From the NCBI GenBank assembly GCA_964016885.1, contig OZ024741.1, forward strand, positions 378,510,001-378,574,000: DNA of 64,000 nt, written 5' to 3'. Source of the DNA: Eledone cirrhosa (lineage: Eukaryota). Of the stretch, positions 54,085-64,000 are shown piece after piece. The notes beneath the pieces were generated by a model. The model did no database searches and had not been told where the DNA came from. It worked only from the letters and a program-made list of their open reading frames with translations. The stretch's first letter is position 1; each line of letters opens with the position of its first letter. A program made the position numbers and the translations under genes.

Positions 54085-55263
54085 ATGGCTAACCAGCAAA
54101 AATCCAAACAGAACTGGTCTGATAATGAAATCGACATTCTAATAAACACATGGCATTGCCTTTCCCAAACAGAAGATATAGATGCTTCATCTCTGAACGA
54201 CATTGCTAAACGTACAGTTCAATTTTTGAAAACTCGATCTGAACAACAGATTCAAAATAAATTAAAGCAAATCGAAATTGCTTTTAAATTAATCAATAAA
54301 CATTTGGATAAACTACGGTGTGTTTTCTCTTCGAATGCTGTCCAGCAGCAGCAACAACAACAACAGCAGCTACAACAGCAACAACAACAACAACAGCAGC
54401 TACAACAGCAACAACAACAACAGCTACAACAACAACATCAACAACAGCTACAACAACAACATCAACAACAGCAACAACAACAGTGTGAACCACTCCTTGA
54501 TTCATCAACAATGGCCGATCTACTAAATGAAACTATTGACCCCCCAGTAGCCTCTGTCTCACAGCATGAAACGCCACATCCTTTCTCTGGCCCAGCAGTC
54601 CAATCATCACCACTGCCAACATCTCTGCCTACTACTACTACTACTACTACAACATTTTTGTCTACTGCTATGTCAAGGAATTTACCTTCTAATACCAGAA
54701 CAAGAACTCTCCCTCCCACAGTCCACAAAGGTCGTCAAATCCTACCCAAACCATCATCTACACCTCTCACAACACCCACACCCATATACCCACCCACTCG
54801 AAACCCCATCATTTGCCGCTACTCTCTACGCTATAGAATATGTACGGATAGTGGCTGCAAATTCACCCATTTACCTAGGACAAAACGATCTATCCCCACA
54901 AACAGCCACCACCATAATACATACTCTAATTTAACACCAACACAACCACCAATAACTCAAACAAGGAATCCACAAATCTGCCGTTTTTCCCTGCGAGACA
55001 GATTGTGTTTAGACCGGGATTGTCCCTTTACCCATCTCCCGGGGACCCGTCGGATAAATGAAAATAAAAGCAAAAACAAAAACCATAACCTACATAAAAA
55101 TAACCACTACCACAGTCACCAACAGTCTTCTAAACAGGAAACTTCTTCCTCTTTTTTAGCCATAATGAATCTGGCAAAAGAACTGGAAAAAAACATTCGA
55201 GCTATCACCCAGCACCACCCTCCACTATCACCCCACTGCACAAACTCCCATTGCTGCCATTAA
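54085..55263 (+). CDS. LINE ORF1, 392 aa: Myb/SANT-like N-terminus, polyQ, two CCCH zinc fingers
   Basis: WSDNEIDILINTW...RSEQQIQNKLKQI; about 47-residue Q-rich tract; CRYSLRYRICTDSGCKFTH and CRFSLRDRLCLDRDCPFTH (C-x8-C-x4-C-x3-H). Confidence 0.85.
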   Translation: MANQQKSKQNWSDNEIDILINTWHCLSQTEDIDASSLNDIAKRTVQFLKTRSEQQIQNKLKQIEIAFKLINKHLDKLRCVFSSNAVQQQQQQQQQLQQQQQQQQQLQQQQQQQLQQQHQQQLQQQHQQQQQQQCEPLLDSSTMADLLNETIDPPVASVSQHETPHPFSGPAVQSSPLPTSLPTTTTTTTTFLSTAMSRNLPSNTRTRTLPPTVHKGRQILPKPSSTPLTTPTPIYPPTRNPIICRYSLRYRICTDSGCKFTHLPRTKRSIPTNSHHHNTYSNLTPTQPPITQTRNPQICRFSLRDRLCLDRDCPFTHLPGTRRINENKSKNKNHNLHKNNHYHSHQQSSKQETSSSFLAIMNLAKELEKNIRAITQHHPPLSPHCTNSHCCH

Positions 55264-58200
55264 CAAACAAACAAATTAACAACACACCAAAACAATTAAA
55301 ACCATCCACTCTCGCCTCTACATTTTTGCTTAACGCCCAAGGCATCAGCCCTTCCACCAATACTCAAAAATGGAAGATCAAATTCCTGGAGGACTGGATT
55401 GATGTCCATCCAAACCACATCCCTTTCTTCGTCCTCACTGAAACCCATCTCAGTAACCTCCACTTGGAAGCCGAGGTGAAAGTGAAAAATTTCAAAGCCA
55501 TCCGTGCTGATCGCGCTGGCAGAAGAAAGGGCGGAACTGCCATTTATGTCCATAATTCTTTCTCAACAGAGGCTATGAACATATTCACTAATGGATACTG
55601 TGAGGCAGTCACTGTATTCAGTCAAACCAACAACCTATTAGTAGTTGGGCTCTATAGGCCACCCCAAACGCCTGTACCATGCTTCAAGGAATGCCTCAAC
55701 AGCATAAAGTGTTTCATCCAAGAGTGTCACCCTGACAACATCTTAATGATGGGGGACTTCAACCTCCCCGGAGTTGACTGGTCCACAAACACCCTGCCAC
55801 CAGGTTCTTCTGCCTCAACCTCTGACAGGGAAGCTGTGGAATCGCTTCTTGACTTCATGGATGATTTCTTCCTATCCCAACTAGTGCTCGAACCAACGAG
55901 GTGCCACAAAAACGTCCTAGACTTAATTTTCAGCAATCACACTGACAATATCCACAATATTGCAGTGGAGAAAACTCTACTCTCTGATCATGACATGGTT
56001 CTCTGTGATCTGAGATTCCACCGTCCAATATACAAACCCAATGTCATTTCTCCTGTCCATCCGTTTGACGCTATGGATTTCCACAATGCAAACTGGGAAG
56101 CGATCAGTCATGATCTTGCACATGTCGACTGGTCCTTCACGCACACTCATACACCCACTAACATCAAAAAGTCCTGGCAGACATTTGTGGACACTGTTAC
56201 AAACATATGTGCTAAACACACCCCATTAAGAACTATAAACAAATCTAAGAGCAGAATCCCTAGAAATAGAAAAACGCTCATCAGAAAAATTAAGAGAACG
56301 AACAAAAAAATCAACAATCTGAAATACTGTCAGCAGCAACACATCAACTTGACTGCCATTTCATCACTAGAGATTAAAAAACATAACCTCCAAAACAACA
56401 TAATGTCCCTCATCAACAATCAGAGAAGAGCTGAAGAGGCCTGGGCCATTGAGAAGATCAAACTCAATCCCAAAGTGTTCTTTTCATTTGCAAAAAAACA
56501 CAAAATCACTGGCTCTACTGTTGGCCCTCTAATTGATGAAAATGGCACTCTTCAAGACAATGCTAAAACCATGGGTGAGATACTGCAGAAACAATACTGC
56601 TCTGTTTTCAGCAATCCTGATATGGCCGATCTGGGCTGTATCGGCGATGTTACTCCCCATTACACCTTATCGGACATAACGTTTGGCGCCCCTGATGTCT
56701 TGGCGGCAATAAAGGAAATCAAGCATAATTCAGCAGTAGGTCCCGATAGGTTCCCTGCTTGTGTCTTGAAGGCGTTTCAACACCAACTTGCTTCTCCTCT
56801 TGCCAATCTGTGGCGGAACTCACTGGATGCTGGATATGTGCCAGAAAACCTTCTATCCCAGTCTGTTGTCCCAGTTTTCAAAAAGGGAAACAAATCCCTT
56901 GCCGTGAATTACCGTCCAATCTCACTCACCTCTCATATCATTAAGGTATTTGAGCGAGTGGTGAGATCGCGAATGACCCACTTCCTTGAGAGTAACAATA
57001 TGCTGAACTCCAACCAGCATGGATTCCGTAATGGAAGGGATTGCCTGACGCAACTACTGTATCACTTTGATGACATTTTGAGAGCCTTGAGAGAGGGTTC
57101 CAACACTGATGTTATCTACCTTGATTTCAGCAAGGCCTTTGACAGGGTTGATCATAACATTCTACTGAGAAAGCTGTCCAATATTGGTGTCACTGGAAAG
57201 CTGCTGCAGTGGATCAAGAGCTTCCTGTCAAACAGAACCCAACATGTTGTAGTTGAGGGAGTCAAATCAAGCCCAGCCAAAGTCAGTAGTGGAGTCCCAC
57301 AAGGCACTGTGTTGGGCCCACTTCTCTTCATCATCTATATTAATGACATCACTGACATCATCAAACACAGCAACATTGAAATTTTCGCTGATGATTCCAA
57401 GCTCCAAAAGGTCATCAATGGCGTGGATGACCGGATAAGCCTTCAGTCAGACCTACTGGCTGTTACCCAATGGGCAGAAAAGAACAACATGTTACTGAAC
57501 GAAGACAAATTCGAACTGATCCACTTTGGAAAAGAGGATGCTCTGAAACTCCCGTACTCCCTTCCCTCCGGGGAAACTCTCGTGGCATCTAACAACATCA
57601 GAGACTTGGGAGTAACCGTGGACAGCAACATAAGCTGGACCACGCATATAAGCAGCAAAGTTGACATGGCCCGCAGAATGTGTTCCTGGATCCTCAGAAC
57701 CTTCCAGTCGAGAGATTCCCGCACCATTATCCTTCTCTTCTCTACTTTCGCCCGACCACACCTTGAATACTGTTGTCCACTGTGGTCTCCCCACACGAAA
57801 CAAAGTATCATGAAACTTGAAGCTCCTCAAAGGGCAATCACGAAAAAGATAGATGGCATGTCAGACCTTGACTACTGGGGTCGATTGGAAAACCTGAAAC
57901 TTTACTCACTCCAACGTCGCCGTGAGCGTTATATTATCTGCATGATGTGGAAAATGTTCCATCATCACTGCCCAAATGATGTTGGCATCGCCTTCAAGAT
58001 ACACCCAAGGCTTGGGCCCCGTGCTATCCGTCCCATTCAAAAATCTAAATCGCAACTCATAACAACAATACGGCACAATTATTTCACCTCAATCGGCCCT
58101 GCTCTCTTCAACATCACACCAGGACACGTCAAAACAGAAACTGACCACACAAAATTCAAGAGGTCTTTGGACAAATTCCTCCAAGTAATCCCGGACAAAC

Positions 58201-58271
58201 CACCCACACCCGGATATGTCTCCGCAAACAGTAATTCTCTTCTCGAATGGGCCATGGTGCCCAAATCCTGA
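55134..58271 (+). CDS. LINE ORF2: AP endonuclease + reverse transcriptase (frame open from 55134; no AUG before the APE motifs)
   Basis: NAQG, TETHL, YRPP, GDFN, LDLIF, SDH; [49 protein letters not shown]. Confidence 0.95.
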   Translation, partial: TGNFFLFFSHNESGKRTGKKHSSYHPAPPSTITPLHKLPLLPLTNKQINNTPKQLKPSTLASTFLLNAQGISPSTNTQKWKIKFLEDWIDVHPNHIPFFVLTETHLSNLHLEAEVKVKNFKAIRADRAGRRKGGTAIYVHNSFSTEAMNIFTNGYCEAVTVFSQTNNLLVVGLYRPPQTPVPCFKECLNSIKCFIQECHPDNILMMGDFNLPGVDWSTNTLPPGSSASTSDREAVESLLDFMDDFFLSQLVLEPTRCHKNVLDLIFSNHTDNIHNIAVEKTLLSDHDMVLCDLRFHRPIYKPNVISPVHPFDAMDFHNANWEAISHDLAHVDWSFTHTHTPTNIKKSWQTFVDTVTNICAKHTPLRTINKSKSRIPRNRKTLIRKIKRTNKKINNLKYCQQQHINLTAISSLEIKKHNLQNNIMSLINNQRRAEEAWAIEKIKLNPKVFFSFAKKHKITGSTVGPLIDENGTLQDNAKTMGEILQKQYCSVFSNPDMADLGCIGDVTPHYTLSDITFGAPDVLAAIKEIKHNSAVGPDRFPACVLKAFQHQLASPLANLWRNSLDAGYVPENLLSQSVVPVFKKGNKSLAVNYRPISLTSHIIKVFERVVRSRMTHFLESNNMLNSNQHGFRNGRDCLTQLLYHFDDILRALREGSNTDVIYLDFSKAFDRVDHNILLRKLSNIGVTGKLLQWIKSFLSNRTQHVVVEGVKSSPAKVSSGVPQGTVLGPLLFIIYINDITDIIKHSNIEIFADDSKLQKVINGVDDRISLQSDLLAVTQWAEKNNMLLNEDKFELIHFGKEDALKLPYSLPSGETLVASNNIRDLGVTVDSNISWTTHISSKVDMARRMCSWILRTFQSRDSRTIILLFSTFARPHLEYCCPLWSPHTKQSIMKLEAPQRAITKKIDGMSDLDYWGRLENLKLYSLQRRRERYIICMMWKMFHHHCPNDVGIAFKIHPRLGPRAIRPIQKSKSQLITTIRHNYFTSIGPALFNITPGHVKTETDHTKFKRSLDKFLQVIPDKPPTPGYVSANSNSLLEWAMVPKS

Positions 58272-58346
58272 ATTGAAAGACTTCGCCAGGTGGTGCTATT
58301 AAGTTAGACATGGCCTGGACCAATACTGGCCAAAACATTTCAAAGT

Positions 58347-62057
<3,711 letters not shown>

Positions 62058-62345
62058 CAAATAACGAAACGAAATTAAATTTCGTTTCGTTTGTAACTCA
62101 CTTTTGTATGGCTGACGCTTAAACAATTAAGTTAAAAACGTACATCCACATATGTATACTGAAATACTAGTATGCATATGAATACACACACGCATACATA
62201 TGTAGATGTACCGAGTTTTTCACTGGTCACTTTACTGTGAGTGTCCAGCTATTCTGTATGTAAACACACAGACAAACCGGTTTTTAGAGTCATACTGGTT
62301 TTTGAGGAAACACCTTTCCTCTATTCTCCAGAAAGCCAAACAAGG

Positions 62346-62390
62346 AATATTGAACTAGTTTCGTTGTTGTTACAACTCATCAGCAATATT
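62346..62390 (-). ncRNA. Minimal type I hammerhead ribozyme
   Basis: Minus strand AATATTG CTGATGA GTTG TAACAA CAAC GAAA CTAG TT CAATATT. Confidence 0.88.
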
Positions 62391-62810
62391 TACTTATCTT
62401 CCGCCTTTCTAGAGAATCGTAAAAGCACATATCGTTATATGCTTTTTCTATGAAAATTAGTAGTGGGCAGACTAATTTGCATAGAGCGTGAGTACGTACC
62501 GGTTCAACGGAGACGATAAAAACAAATAACGAAACGAAATTAAATTTCGTTTCGTTTGTAACTCACTTTTGTATGACTGACGCTTAAACAATTAAGTTAA
62601 AAATGTACATCCACATATGTATACTGAAATACTAGTATGCATATGAATACACACACGTATACATATGTAGATTTACCGAGTTTTTCACTGGTCACTTTAC
62701 TGTGAGTGTCCAGCTATTCTGTATGTAAACACACAGACAAACCGGTTTTTAGAGTCATACTGGTTTTTGAGGAAACACCTTTCCTCTATTCTACAGAAAG
62801 CCAAACAAGG

Positions 62811-62855
62811 ATTATTGAACTAGTTTCGTTGTTGTTACAACTCATCAGCAATATT
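62811..62855 (-). ncRNA. Minimal type I hammerhead ribozyme
   Basis: Same motif with one helix I substitution. Confidence 0.85.
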
Positions 62856-63276
62856 TACCTATCTTCCGGCCTTTCTAGAGAATCGTAAAAGCACATATCG
62901 TTATATGCTTTTTCTATGAAAATTAGTAGTGGGCAGACTAATTTGCATAGAGCGTGAGTACGTACCGGTTCAACGGAGACGATAAAAACAAATAACGAAA
63001 CGAAATTAAATTTCGTTTCGTTTGTAACTCACTTTTGTATGACTGACGCTTAAACAATTAAGTTAAAAATGTACATCCATATATGTATACTGAAATACTA
63101 GTATGCATATGAATACACACACGTATACATATGTAGATGTACCGAGTTTTTCACTGGTCAATTTACTGTGAGTGTCCAGCTATTCTGTATGTAAACACAC
63201 AGACAAACCGGTTTTTAGAGTCATACTGGTTTTTGAGGAAACACCTTTCCTCTATTCTCCAGAAAGCCAAACAAGG

Positions 63277-63321
63277 AATATTGAACTACTTTCGTTGTTG
63301 TTACAACTCATCAGCAATATT
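63277..63321 (-). ncRNA. Minimal type I hammerhead ribozyme (helix III mutated, CTAG to GTAG)
   Basis: Same motif with a broken palindrome. Confidence 0.7.
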
Positions 63322-63410
63322 TACCTATCTTCCGGCCTTTCTAGAGAATCGTAAAGCACATATCGATTTTTTATCATATCATATTCTCTAGAAAGGCCAG
63401 AAGATAGGTA

Positions 63411-63455
63411 AATATTGCTGATGAGTTGTAACAACAACGAAACTAGTTCAATATT
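63411..63455 (+). ncRNA. Minimal type I hammerhead ribozyme (inverted copy)
   Basis: AATATTG CTGATGA GTTG TAACAA CAAC GAAA CTAG TT CAATATT read directly on the plus strand. Confidence 0.88.
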
Positions 63456-63681
63456 CCTTGTTTGGCTTTCTGGAGAATAGAGGAAAGGTGTTTCCTCAAA
63501 AACCAGTATGACTCTAAAAACCGGTTTGTCTGTGTGTTTACATATAGAATAGCTGGACACTCACAGTAAAGTGACCAGTGAAAAACTCGGTACATCTACA
63601 TATGTATACGTGTGTGTATTCATATGCATACTAGTATTTCAGTATACATATGTGGATGTACATTTTTAACTTAATTGTTTA

Positions 63682-64000
<319 letters not shown>

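Larger units (their letters stand above)
53369..58346 (+). mobile_element. Full-length intact CR1/L2-group (APE-RT) LINE
   Basis: About 715-nt repetitive 5'UTR, ORF1, overlapping ORF2, 75-nt 3'UTR with stem-loop potential; no poly(A); embedded in (TA)n. Exact clade needs an RT phylogeny. Confidence 0.9.

Noticed and set aside
62241-63560. Four repeated 60-79 aa ORFs MSSYSVCKHTDKPVF...
   Set aside because: Mostly GTG starts, antisense to the hammerhead, variable C-termini, no recognisable motif; a by-product of the tandem repeat

Overview
AT-rich, microsatellite-laden animal DNA in which I can support no host protein-coding gene. The SINE family and repeat landscape suggest an octopus or other cephalopod, which is inference. 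Nearly all identifiable content is mobile DNA: a decayed hAT (Buster/Charlie-type) transposon, about 7 copies of a tRNA-derived SINE, RTE and R4/Dong LINE fragments, a head-to-tail stack of three Tx1/L1-clade LINEs in (AAT)n (one with both ORFs intact), a Chapaev-3-like remnant, an internally deleted mariner, a Penelope-like element with long inverted pseudo-LTRs, and a full-length intact CR1/L2-group LINE between two multi-kb (TA)n arrays. The most striking signal lies outside the ORFs. Several unrelated non-coding repeat families (units about 465, 483 and 557 bp, plus fold-back palindromes) sit in (TA)n tracts as tandem and inverted copies. Each carries a type I hammerhead ribozyme core (CUGAUGA...GAAA...UH) with a palindromic helix III, so they are candidate retrozyme-like or non-autonomous Penelope-mobilised RNAs. 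The intact CR1-like LINE also has an unusual ORF1 (Myb/SANT-like, polyQ, two CCCH fingers) and a probable -1 ribosomal frameshift into an ORF2 that lacks a usable AUG. The long YI/VC/HT ORFs in the supplied track are microsatellite artefacts.
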